From positions 42,594,001-42,658,000 of the forward strand of contig OX597815.1 of the NCBI GenBank assembly GCA_951406725.2: a stretch of DNA of 64,000 nt. The letters are read 5' to 3'. How positions within the stretch are numbered: the first letter of the stretch is position 1; every line of letters starts with the position of its first letter. The notes beneath the pieces are model-generated. The model searched no databases. It saw nothing but the letters and a program-made list of their open reading frames with translations, and was not told the DNA's origin. Position numbers and translations under genes: made by a program. This DNA is from Octopus vulgaris. Taxonomy: Eukaryota. Positions 27,542-39,993 of the stretch are shown here, one piece after another.

Positions 27542-27954
27542 ATTTCTTTATTGCCCACAGAGGCTAAACATAGAGGGGACAAACAAGGATAGACAAAGGC
27601 ATTAAGACGATTACATCTACCCCAGTGCGTAACTTGTACTTATTTAATCGACCCCGAAAGGATGAAAGGCAAAGTCGACCTCGGCGGAATGTGAACTCAG
27701 GACGTAACGGCAGACGTAATACCTATTTCTTTTCTACCCACAAGGGGCTAAACACAGAGGTGACAAACAAGGACAGACAAACGGATTAAGTCGATTTCAC
27801 CGACCCCAGTGCGTAACTGGTACTTAATTTATCGACCCCGAAAGGATGAAAGGCAAAGTCGACCTCGGCGGAATTTGAACTCAGAACGTAACGGCAGACG
27901 AAATACCACTAAGCATTTCGCCCGGCGTGCCAACGATTCTGCCAGCTCGCCGCC
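27542..27954 (-). mobile_element. dimeric SINE family A (full unit plus headless second unit) within one TSD
   Basis: Two bodies and two tails, junction at 27723/27724; flanked on both sides by ACACACACATAACATA. Confidence 0.85.
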
Positions 27955-28284
27955 ATACACACACATAACATATATACGCATGTATATCTATATCTAGCTA
28001 TCCGTCTAATTTCGCTATTACTATTACTATTTTAATGACTCGGAGAAGAAGTCTTTTAAATTTTAATTTAAACAAGCAAGGGAAACGGGCCCACACAGCT
28101 TAACAAGCTTGTACAGGTTTCCACTTTCTTGAAATTTATAAAGCAGTTTAATCTCAGCATTCAATTGAAATATAGTGCTTGTATGTGCGATTAACGGAGT
28201 AACATGCATTGACCCTGAAAGTTTACTGAGTAATTAAATAAAACAATTGGATCTCATACATTTTTTTAATATTTAATAATTAAT

Positions 28285-28498
28285 ATTGGCTTCAAATTTT
28301 GGTCCAAGGATAGCAATTTCAAAGTAGGGCTAAGTTGATTACATCGATCTCAGTACTCAACTGTTATTTATTTTATCGTCCTGAAAAGGATCACAGGCAA
28401 AGTCGAGCTAGGCAGAATTTGAACTCAAAACGTAAAGTTGGACGAAATGCCGCTAAGTATTTTTGCTCGGTGTGCTAACAATTCTGTCGAGTTCGCCA
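28285..28498 (-). mobile_element. SINE family A copy (diverged)
   Basis: Reverse-complement similarity to 4722-4952. Confidence 0.7.
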
Positions 28499-28684
28499 TT
28501 TGGCTTAATTAATTTTGAATGTCAGTTTTTAAATGCGTACTGGTTTCATGATCTAGAAAATGTGTGCTCAATATATATATATAGGGTATATTGACGACGG
28601 AAAGATTGCTTCAAGAGGGAAATTGTGTACCAATGGAGTTAATATCCATCATCGAAGATGTATGTATGTTATATATATATATAT

Positions 28685-28885
28685 GTTGATTCGCTAGCCT
28701 CTGCACGCATTTTTTCTCTCCTTCTTTCTGTGTTTCTTCTCTGTGTATCTTTCTGTTGAAGAGCGTAGGCTCGAAACGTTAAAGACTTGTTTTATTTATA
28801 TTTCCTGAGCGCCATACTAATACAATTGTTTGTTTGTATTCCACCTGCCTTCGTCTTTTGTCTATTTTCATAAAGCTTCCCGTTA
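28685..28885 (+). mobile_element. Penelope-like short repeat with minimal hammerhead motif (second copy at 56880-57067)
   Basis: tcttt-CTGTTGA-agagc gtag gctc-GAAA-C-GTT-aaaga at 28748-28785; embedded in (TA)n; two copies in the window. Confidence 0.65.
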
Positions 28886-28902
28886 TATATTTATTCATAC
28901 TT

Positions 28903-29190
28903 GGCATTCAGTCAGTTGCGACGACGAGGTTTCCAGTTGATTCAGTCAACGGAACAGTCTTCTCGTGAAATTAACATGCAAACTGGCTGAGCACTCCACA
29001 AACACGCGTACCCTTAACGTAGTTCTCAAGGAGATTTAGCGCGAGACAGAGTGTGACAAGGCTGGCCCTTTGAAATACCGGAACTACTCATTTCTACCAA
29101 CTGAATGCGCTGCAGCAGCTTGAAATAAAGTGTCTTGCTCAGGGACACAACGAGTCTAAAATACCCTAACTGCTAAGCCGCGCGCCTTCA
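28903..29190 (-). mobile_element. SINE with family B head and alternative 3' module
   Basis: Head on the minus strand TGAAGGCGCGCGGCTTAGCAGTTAGGG; CORE-like GTGTCCCTGAGCAAGACACTTTATTTCA. Confidence 0.7.
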
Positions 29191-29234
29191 CACACACACA
29201 CACACAGACGTGCGCACACACGCACACACACACA

Positions 29235-29271
<37 letters not shown>

Positions 29272-30799
29272 ACACACGCTTACGCTTGTATATTACATTG
29301 AATACGACTGTGCTCTAGAATTTTTTTTATCTTTTCAAATTTAATTTTTGTAATTTCGTATGACTTCCGTGTAATTTGGCTCGGATAGTATATTAACTGA
29401 ATCTCACCTCTATTTCTAGTCTTTTTTCTAGACTTTCTCGGCCACATCATCAGGAAGTCAAGCCAAATGTGATTAGTGTAGATATTAACACCGGAGTTTG
29501 TTAAGTTTATTATTCATCAATGAAATGCTAACTTTTGAGTGATAACGATTAAATATGTCCCAGCGATTATCATCATGCATTTTGCTAAGCATTGTGTATC
29601 TAGGTCCACATTCTCAGTGTTTTCTTCATTTTTAAAGGAGATGCAATTTAAATATGAGGAAAGTTTGTTTTGTAGGAGATCGAGTACCTACGTAGAAGCA
29701 CATTTGTTGTTTCATTCTAGCTATTGGTACATAGTCTCGAAGAGAGCTATAATCAATTAACTTCCAGAGGTGACCACACCATCTGTCTTTTGAGACAGTA
29801 TATCTAGAACTATATTTTTCGATATATTTGTAGGGTAGGGAGATTTGACTACTATTTCCAAAGGACTCTGTGGAGACTGCGTCTCTACCTCATAGAAGGG
29901 ACTGTTATTGCTCGGGGTGAATTTTTGAAGTATGTATATACATGTATGCTTGTGTGTATGTATGCGTAATATTTCTCTTAGTGATTGTAGCTATTACAAG
30001 GAAGGATAATTATTTAATATTTTAGTAGGATTAAAAATGTGAATTTGAAATTAAGGAATTATAAGGAAAAAGTTGCATAGAATTCACATATTTATATATT
30101 TTATCACTTATTACGCAGTTCTTAAATTTTATATCGCTGGTAATTTCATTCCTTCATAAATCAGCAGCATGATATAACTTGTGACGTATTAATTAAAGAC
30201 TTTATGAAGTTAGACGTTTATGCAGTGGAACATATAAACCTGCACACACACGCGCGCGCGCTCACACACATATATACACACATATACACACACACATATC
30301 TATATGGGGAGGGGAAGTACGCGTTCACGAACGATTGAGTGAGAGAGAGAGAAAGAGAAAGAGAGAGAAACGAAAGAGTGAAAGTAAAAGTGAAAGAGCA
30401 GTGTGATTTTTATACACATACCTAGTAACTGAAAATGAATTGACGGAAAATGTGGATCGTACCTTTTAAAGATGGTACCTACAATTCTAATACCTAGCCT
30501 TCTCACACACAGTATCATGCTGATTCTGCCTGAGAATTACATCAAGAGTACCCGCGTCTGTGGAATACTCAGATATATACTCGCTGATCGAACAGCTGAA
30601 TATTTAACGTTGATAACCGACGGAGATCCACAATTCTATATATATATTTGTTTGTCAAATACGGTGTTATTTTGTAACATATTGGTAAATATGAACAAAT
30701 AATGATTTCTAAGATCAGCACAAGGACATACAGGTTTTTTCTATGATGTTGTAGGGGCCGGATGTGATCCAATACTTTGACATTAACATATACTTCTTT

Positions 30800-31250
30800 A
30801 CTTTTGTCGAGCTTCCACCCGGTCCTCGAAGACAAAGCCGATCCACGAAGCATTTCGATTCGTCATCGCCACCTTCAGTTCATAGAATCCAATTTGCCCT
30901 TCTTCAAGTTGTCGATAAATGTCAGAGATGTCTCCCACGTTTGTCGATAACATGCTGTGGGTTCCAGAAGAGAAGTTTTGATGCTTATTCTTCTCGGTGT
31001 TGCAGGCAATGACCTGATATATAGAGACCTCGTTCTCTGACCTTGCTGGTCACATTTGGAAGGCTACCATAAAGCTGCTCACTAGTTATGTGCTACTGCC
31101 ATTTCGCATCTAGGACCATTCGTAGCATCCTTATGTAGTATCCATCTAAACTCTTCTTTGCTTGTTTGGTAAATACTCGTTTTACTGCCATACAAGAGCA
31201 CTGACTCAATAGTGGCAAGGAACAGTCTGATGTTTGTTCTCTTTGACTTC
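30800..31250 (-). mobile_element. RTE/RTE-X-like LINE 3' ORF fragment, degenerate
   Basis: Minus translation KKSLDGYYIRMLRMVLDAKWQ*HITSEQLYGSLPNVTSKVRERGLYISGHCLQHREE*ASKLLFWNP resembles the post-RT region of RTE-group LINEs. Confidence 0.75.
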
Positions 31251-31546
31251 TATATTATGGGGATTCTGTAAGGAGGCACTCTAGCCCCGGATCTGTTTGC
31301 TATTGTCTTGGAATATGCAATGCACCAAGTAACAATCAACAGACTAGAAAGCTTGGAATTCGCTAGCAGAGCACTGGTACTTATTGGATAAATAATAGTA
31401 AATAAGGTTGATTGAGATTTTAAAGAAACTATGAAGACAAGATAAATAAAATTTGAATGAGAAGAAATATAATTATGAAGACCTGTGCATATATTTTCTA
31501 TCACTCCCCTATAAATACATCTATTTTTTTACATGTATATAGATGC

Positions 31547-32077
31547 GTGGAGACGCGTGGCTTAGTGGTTAGGGTGTCAGTACCATGATCGTAAGATTGT
31601 AGTTTCGAATCTTGGACCGGGTGACGCGTTGTGTTCTTGAGCAAAACACTTCACTTCACGTTGCTCCAGTCCACTCAGCTGGCAAAAATGAGTAACGCTG
31701 CTATGGACTGTCGTCCCGTCAAGCTGGGGAACATATACGCCATAGAAACCGGGAAACAGGGCCCATGAGCCTGGCTAGGCTTTAAAAGGGTGCATTTATT
31801 TGTGGAGGCGCGTGGCTTAGTAGTTACGGGTGTCAGCACCATGATCGTAAGACTGTAGCTTCGATTCCCGGACCGGGCGACGCGTTGTGGTTCTTAAGCA
31901 AAACACTTCACTTCACGTTGCTCCAGTCTACTCAGCTGGTAAAAATGAGTAACGCTGCGATGAACTGGCGTCCCGTCCAGCTGGGAAACACATACGCCAT
32001 TGAAACCGGGAAACAGGGCCCATGAGCCTGGCTAGGCTTTAAAAGGGCGCATTTATTTATTTATTTATTTATTTATT
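31547..32077 (+). mobile_element. head-to-tail dimer of SINE family B inside a single TSD
   Basis: Two units of about 255 bp (31547-31801, 31802-32077) with an (ATTT)n tail; TSD TATATAGATGC at 31536-31546 and 32078-32088. Confidence 0.88.
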
Positions 32078-32816
32078 TATATAGATGCATATGCAGACAT
32101 GTACTGTACGTCTACCACGTACCGAGTGACTGCATTACTAAGCATTACTGATCAAATTTTGAAACGCAGTTTCTCAAATGTGTGCTTAATATATATATAT
32201 ATAGCAATAAAAACAAACGTTCACACATAAACGCATTAACACATATATGTTTTCATTCTTTTATTCTTTGGAGCATATCTGTTATTGGACTTTGCTTATA
32301 TTGAAGCACCGCCTTCTGGGGTTTTAGTTGAACGCATCGACAAGTCACAGTATTTACTTCAGTGGGTTACTTATTTGTTATTTATTTGTCGTTAACTTAT
32401 GGAGTGTAAAGTAACAACATAAGCGACAATACCGGGTTGTAGACATAAATGCGAACATACATATATACAGTTTGGTGAACAAGCGTAAGAAAAGTGCACT
32501 CGATACACATTATGGAGTTCAAATGTTTGTATCAACAGTTTGACTTAGATTTGTGCTACTTGTACACTCACAAACATAAAAGTACTTGACATCGTCTGGA
32601 TATATTAACGTTAAGAGGTGAGTCTTCAGCAGCTCCCAAATAAGGCTGGTTTTCTTAGAATTATGTGTAAAGCTCATTCATATAAGTCAATTCAAGTCGC
32701 ATGATAGAATCAGTACATAGATGAGATCTAGGTGAGACTTTTGGATTGTTTCTGAAAGTAGGTTACTCTGATCCAATAAATAAAAGTAGTCTCCTTTGCA
32801 ATTGTTCGACATTATA

Positions 32817-33050
32817 TATTTCTTTACTACCCACAAGGGGCTAAACACAGAGGAGACAAACAAGGACAGACAAACGGATTAAGTCGATTACATCGATCCC
32901 AGTGCATAACTGGTACTTAATTTATCAACCCCGAAAGGATGAAAGGCAAAGTCGACCTCGGCGAAATTTGAACCCAGAACGTAACGACAGACGAAATACA
33001 GCTACGCATTTCGCCCGGCGTGCTAACGATTCTGCCAGCTCACCGCCTTT
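32817..33050 (-). mobile_element. young monomeric SINE family A with 15-bp TSD
   Basis: TSD TTGTTCGACATTATA at 32802-32816 and 33051-33065. Confidence 0.9.
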
Positions 33051-34973
33051 TTGTTCGACATTATACTGAAATAGAAAATTGCGGTGAAAATTAGAGTAAA
33101 ATGTATGTACTCGGTTAAAAAACTAGTGGATTAATATGAGCTAATAGAAAACTACCTTGTTGGCAATAATATGAAAGTTCAGACTTCCTCTTAAGAGACA
33201 CAAGAGGTTGTTGCAGTACGAGCTGATTTATGTTAACATGGAAGTTACATCACGAATCAAATTGCCCCTTCAGATACATAAAACCGACACTTACCTGTCA
33301 GGTGACGGGGAAGCGTTAAATTTTCAATAGAAATCACTTTGGAGCAAAAATGTTACACGAAACAAAATTTGATAGAAAAACAGTTATTAGTACTGGCATC
33401 AAATATAATTATCCACTAAACATTAAAAAAAACAACAAAAACGATTAAATATAAAATCTTTATAATTTGTAAAATACAACTAAAATCCAACAGAGCACAC
33501 ATAAAATAAACATGAAATTTACGAGGCGATAAATATTAAATAATTTTAACAGCGATGAATATTTTATCACTGTTAGCACTATTCCAACGATTCACTGCCA
33601 TCTACGGTAAAAAGTGCAAAACAACATGCCACTATTATTGCTACCATTTCATTCAAATGAAGAAGCCGAAGTTTTAGACTTAAAGCACTTAGGGGAGCTA
33701 TATTTCTAAACTAAATATAAGGGCTACATATAACACACACACACACACATGTGGTTATTTACTGTGCAGATTTTGTATACTAAATTCCACTGAGAAGATA
33801 CTGAGTAAATTGAGGTCAGAGTAAAAGGTACTTGCCCAAGAGGTTCCGCTGTGTGATTGAACCAGAAACTATAGACCTGCGAAGTCAACGTCTTAACCAC
33901 GTCTATGCTTGCATCTTTCCCACACTGTCTGTCTTTTTCTCTGTATAAGCGTGTATGTGTGCGCTCGTATTCAGTCATAGCATGAAATTTTAAAAATCAT
34001 ATTATATGGTCGATCTAGGTACGTTCACTCTTTCTTTCATTAAACGGAAAATTTATATCAAATTCACATTTTTTTCCCATTCACTTATATATCTTAGGTA
34101 TGCATTGCATGCTTTACTTACATACACATGTATGTAGGTATGATTGTATAATTGACTGATGGAACCGTCGGCAAGTAAACCGGCAAGCCAACAAGCTTGC
34201 TTAGTTTGGAGGGTGGTTTTTGTTGGACACCTTGCAAGACGAAAAATAAAACCTGCCAAAAGGCGGATGAGCGCAGTAGAGTCAATGGCCATCCAGTAGT
34301 TGGGAATGAGAGATTGTTAACCTTTGTTTAGACACCTGTCTTCGAGAAGACTAACTCCGATACAACATTTGCAACTTTGTTTGTACACAATGATGTAGAC
34401 TACTACTTCTTTTGGAGCAAATGCATACGTTATTGAGAGAATGAGACTGGTCTTGTGCAAGGTCGTTCCTCAATTTAATATGATTCAGGCTCAGGCACTG
34501 ATTTATTTTTAACATCTCTATTATATGTAGTATATTGTAGCTGGCAGTAGCTGAAAAAGGCAAAATACGTTTTGAAAAATTCCATGACAGAATGACGGAA
34601 TGTGTCAGTGTAGGTAGTGACCTCTCTTAACACCAGTTGCAAGAGGCGCACATCATTGCCACGTCTGTGCAAAAGAGAGCTGATCCCAAGCAAGAGAGAA
34701 AAGCCACAATTGTGCTGCTTACATTTAACAGAAGTATCCTAGCACTGCTTGAAATAGAGTTGCAGCCATCATGTACGTTGGAATGTATGCTTATCTTTGA
34801 ATCTTATTTAAGTTCTTCTGAAGCGAATCTAAGTCGGTCGCAAATAAAGCATCAAGACTTTTTGAGTTAAGTAAGTCCCCGGTGTTAGCAAATATGCGAT
34901 TGAGTCGACGTGTTTGTTGAAGTGTAAATACACACACTCAAGCAAGTGCATCTGTTCTTGTAAAGAATCTCAG

Positions 34974-34987
34974 ATGGAGACTCTTTG
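34974..34987 (+). CDS. possible coding tip (METL) of an alternative first exon
   Basis: ATG GAG ACT CTT TG|gtacgt at the end of about 0.9 kb of repeat-free sequence; same phase-2 TG| ending as 8705-9135. Confidence 0.25.
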
Positions 34988-35303
34988 GTACGTTTTACAG
35001 ATCCTCACTGTGCTGCGAATAGATTGGATTTGGATACTGCGCGCAAGTTTCTTTTGCTCTTTCTTTGATAAACCTAGTGTTTCTAGGTTATGTATGTATG
35101 CATGTATATATACATGTATGTATGTATGTATGTATGTATGTATGTATGTATGTATGTATGTATGTATGCGTGCATGCTAGCATGTATGTATGCTAGCTTG
35201 TGCATATATATGTGTGTGCATGTATATATGTTTATATGTATTTGTGTGCGCACTCGTGTTTGTGTATGTGTGTATGTGTGCGCGTACACACACATACATA
35301 TAC

Positions 35304-35337
<34 letters not shown>

Positions 35338-36612
35338 GTTTTTTATGTATATGTATATGTGTGTGTATTCTTTAATTCTTTAACTCTTTAAATTGTTTCA
35401 GCTTCAAAGCTGCGGTCATGCTGGGGCACCACCATATACATAAATGTACACTCACACATATATAATACATATCTGAATATATATATGCATACATATAAAC
35501 ATATGTGTAAGCATATTTTGCACTCGTTACTATACTGTATGTTATAGTTTAATATAAGTCACTTCGAGCTTTGAACTATATTTAAACCACATTAATTCCT
35601 CCTTTGTAATCTTCCTCTATATCTCTCACCTTCCTCTCACTTTTCTCCTTTTTATGTTTACCTCTCCCTGTCCTCTCCCGTCGCTCTTTCATATGACCTC
35701 TCCCTCCTACCTTTCCTCTTCCTCTCTCTATCTTCCTCTCTTTTTTCTCTTTGTTCAGACCAGGGACACTACTTGCATAACATTAAATGTACTCTAATCA
35801 CCAACAGTTCAAGCAAGACCTGTGATGTGTGGCCAGTGTGTACTATCATCACAAGCTGTACAGCAGCAGTCAACACTTTTTGTTATTTTGCATATATTAT
35901 GCAAATCTTCGTTGTTCAGCTATGTAGAGCCATATAAAGATATATATAAATACATTAACCTGAGGAATGTAAATTGAACTATATAAATGCATATTAAAAC
36001 TTACAGCCTTATTCTCGCTAATCCTTGTGTTAAGGATTATTTCTTTGAAGCAAGTTTTCCTTATTTTAGCATATATTTTAGCATATATATATATATATCT
36101 TATTTTAGCATATATATACATATAGCATATATATTTTAGCATATATAAGGATCACACGCAAGAATGCAAGAACGATCTTCTTTTTTATTGTGAGAACTCT
36201 CACGCATGCACTTTTAATAATATACGTATCTTGTTAAAGAAAGAATTACGTGTGGAGTCCATGTATGCGTGTGCATATACTTACATACATACATGGATAC
36301 ACCCATAAATGCATACATATATATCTACACACGTGTGTGTGTGTAAATGTGTGAGTGCGCGCGCGAGTGTACGTGAATGAGTAATGTGTGTGTGTGTGCA
36401 TGTAATTACTCGCATAATATGTTTGTGTAACCGATCAACTAAAATTTAGTTATTTTCCTTAATTGAAGATGAAATTACTCACGCAAATCTATATATATTT
36501 GGCACGGATTTAAAAGGGAATTGCATGTTCAAAGAACTGCAGGCTGCATGTTTGCACTAATATCAGATTCCAAATAGCTTCTATTGCCGATTGTACTCAT
36601 GTGTGTGTATGT

Positions 36613-36657
<45 letters not shown>

Positions 36658-37326
36658 GATGTGCATGCGAGTGCGTGTGTGAGCGTGCGCGTATGTATAT
36701 ACATATGTATTTAAGATATATATATGCATACATATATACGCATATGCATATTATATATGCGTATATACATAAATGTATATGTTTATACATGCGTGCAAGC
36801 ATGCACGCTCGTATACATGCATGCATGATATGTATATATTACACACACGCATTCCTCTATCTCTATATATAAGTATGTGTCTGTGTGACTGCGTGCATGT
36901 GCGCATTGTATAAGAGTGTATGCTTCTATGTATTTATCTACCTATGATTAAAGTGACTTAATATTTGTCTGTGCAGGGTCCTTTTCGTAAAGTAGAAGTA
37001 TTAGTTAATACGTATTACATTAGCAGCCCTACCTGCAATCATCTGTCCACAAACCATTTCTCCTAAGTAATCTACACTGCCACCCCCTTCTTTCCATCAT
37101 TTATTGCAATGCGGCAAAGTTTTCAATGTTCTTTCATTTTCTCTCGCCTTTCTAACTTTCACTTTCTAACACTAGAAATGCAGATGTTTCACTTTCACAA
37201 TAAATAGAGAGTAGGGAAAGGCGAATACATAGCACTAAATTACTTGGGATAGAGATAGAGCGTGACAGGTATAAATCGAAAGTGTAAAGAGAAGACAGAA
37301 TGTGGAGGAATGAAATAAATCTAAGG

Positions 37327-37700
37327 GTGCAGGTGTGGTTGTATATTAGGAACTTAGCATTCAAACGGCATAATTTCAGATTCGATCCCATTGCCTGGCG
37401 GCTTCATCCGACCGAATCCTTGTATATAGATTTGGTAGACGGAAACTGAAAGAAGCCCGTCGTATACATGTTTGTGTGTGCATGCGTGTGCGTGTTTTTG
37501 TCTTTGTGTTTATTCCCCCTCAACACACTTCTTGATCACCGGTGCTGGTTTGTTTATGTCATCGCAACTTAACAGTTCGGCAGAAAGGAAAGATACAATA
37601 AGTACTAGACTTTAGAAAAAATGGGTATTGAAGTACATTAGTTTGACTAGTGCCCCAGCTTGGTTGCAGTCCAATGGCTAAAACAAGTCAAAGACAAAAT
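37327..37700 (+). mobile_element. SINE family C copy (diverged)
   Basis: GATTTGGTAGACGGAAACTGAAAGAAGCCCGTCG plus the 3' module. Confidence 0.75.
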
Positions 37701-37730
37701 AAAAAGAAGATAAATCCATGTATCTATATA

Positions 37731-37980
37731 GTGGAGGGGCGTGGGTTAGTGGTTACTGTGTTGGACTCATGGTCATAAGATTGTAGTTTCGATTCCCGGA
37801 GCAGGTGATGCGTTGTGTTTTTGAGTAAAATACTTCATTTCCTGCTGTTCCAGTTCACTCTTCTTGGGAAAATGAGTAATTCTGCGACGGATCGGCGTCC
37901 CATCCAGGTGGGAAATATATACGCAATAGAAACCAGGATACCGGCCCTATGAGTCTATATGACCCAGGAAGAAACTTCAT
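37731..37980 (+). mobile_element. SINE family B copy
   Basis: Similarity to 2301-2560. Confidence 0.75.
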
Positions 37981-38002
37981 CCTGTATAAATATATATATA
38001 TA

Positions 38003-38513
38003 TCTGTATATATAAAACTGTAGTTGTGTGAGTGTCTGTCCCCTTCGATTTAGATTCCTAACTACTCCCACATTTTGCGGTGCAGTTTAACCAAATTCGG
38101 GTATCTTATAGTCGTGATTCATATCGAGCTCGTCTGAGTATTAGCGCGCGTCTACGATGAGTCTACGATTTTAAAAATAATTTAACATAATTTTTTATTC
38201 CATTTTAATGCATAATTTTTCGTGTGTCGATGGCGGCGGAGTTGGCGTCCATGGTCACACCTGCACCTGTTTGCTTCTCCCCCTTCTTCCCTCCCTCGTG
38301 AAGCTGTGGGGAAGGGAGTGTAAGGAAATCAACGTCGTAAAGCGTTGTCAAGGAGACCAGCGTTCTTTTAGAACAACGACTTCATGGCTTGAAGACACCA
38401 AAACAGAATGGCTAAGAAAGCCCGAATTGGCATCTATAAGGAAAGTAACTCTCTAAAAATGCTTATATAGTTATTTCCCTTGCAAACCCGAGCAACGCCG
38501 GGCGATACTGCTA

Positions 38514-38514
<1 letters not shown>
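38003..38514 (+). mobile_element. non-autonomous Helitron, complete
   Basis: 5' TC terminus (TCTGTATATATAAAA); 3' GC-rich hairpin CCCGAGCAACGCCGGG (38487-38502) followed by CTAG (38511-38514); inserted between A and T in a (TA)n tract with no TSD. Confidence 0.88.
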
Positions 38515-38574
<60 letters not shown>

Positions 38575-38581
38575 AGAGAGA

Positions 38582-38626
<45 letters not shown>

Positions 38627-39187
38627 AAGAATGAAGCATAAATTGTAAAGTTTAGAGAATATAAATGTGCCATGAAATGCTAAAACAAAAGCAAAACAAA
38701 GCAGAATATCACCTGTAATGAAATTGGAATTACCTGTCATAGCTTAAGAACTCAAAAGCAACCGTTGCAAAACAAAAGTAACAGAGGAAAAATAGTCAAC
38801 GCAGCAGTAAGTGAAACTCCAGATTAAACATGACAAGGACAGGAAAATGTAGAAGAGAAGCTGGTGCGAAGGAAAGGGACATCAATGAGCAAGTAACAAA
38901 TGGACAAGGAACTGAAAGATTTACTAACGCAAGGATTCTTCAATGAGATATTGGTTTATAATGTTTATTTTAAAAAGAACCAGTAATGGACCAGGAATTA
39001 ATTGTAACAGAAATACGAATGCTAAATGCTCAAAATGTAGTGTAATGATGTGCTTGCTTAAAGGAAATAAGCTGAAAAGCAAATTCTGAAATCAATTCCT
39101 GTTGTGGTAATAGGCGGTTGTTGGTCTGTGTAAACGGCAATAGGTAATCTTTGCCAACAGTGCATCTTTAAGATTGCATGTTAGCGC

Positions 39188-39310
<123 letters not shown>

Positions 39311-39606
39311 CCTGTCTGTCTGTCTGTCGATCTGTCTCTTTGTCTGTTTAAAGATAAGAGTATTCTGAAGATTAAGTAATAATTATTTGGAAGTAAATAT
39401 AAAGAGAACTTGTATCCATTTAAATTACGTAATTATAAAAAATGACAGTTTTAATTACACAAATGCATTTATTGACAACATTAATGAAGTCACAAAAGTG
39501 AACGGTACTTGAGTGAAGAGTATTTTAGAAAAAGTATTTTGATTTGTACAATTCAAATTAGACCATAATAATTACATTCTAATTATGCTGTAGAAGCCTC
39601 TCTGTG

Positions 39607-39993
39607 TTGAAAAAAAACTTTATTAATATCATATACTTAAGGTGTGAGTGTAGTTGAAAAGCCAGGAGCTACAGTTCTTCATCTGAGAAAAATCCCTTTA
39701 TAGACACATCGTGTTAAAAGAGCACAACATACTTCAGAGCTAGCCGAAACGAAATCCCTCTCCAGAAGTGAGAGTGGCTGATTCGATTTCGTTTCGGAAG
39801 CGATACGAATTCGTGACACTGACAAATCACAAAGCCGGCAAAATACGTATTTGTTACTTTTGAATTCACTTTTGGGATGACTTTATCTTATATAGTTTTG
39901 TGAAGGGATTTTTCTGCAGACGAATACCGCAGCTTCTGGCTTTTCAACAGCACACATTCGTTAAGTATATTATATTCATAAAGTTCTTAACAA
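39607..39993. mobile_element. foldback/MITE-like element with about 65-bp imperfect terminal inverted repeats
   Basis: AACTTTATTAATATCATATACTTAAGGTGTGAGTGTAGTTGAAAAGCCAGGAGCT matches the reverse complement of 39931-39985; internal hairpin CCGAAACGAAATC...GATTTCGTTTCGG. Confidence 0.65.

Noticed and set aside
33289-33297. Perfect minus-strand donor CAG|GTAAGT
   Set aside because: No supporting ORF or acceptor; such a 9-mer can occur by chance in 64 kb.
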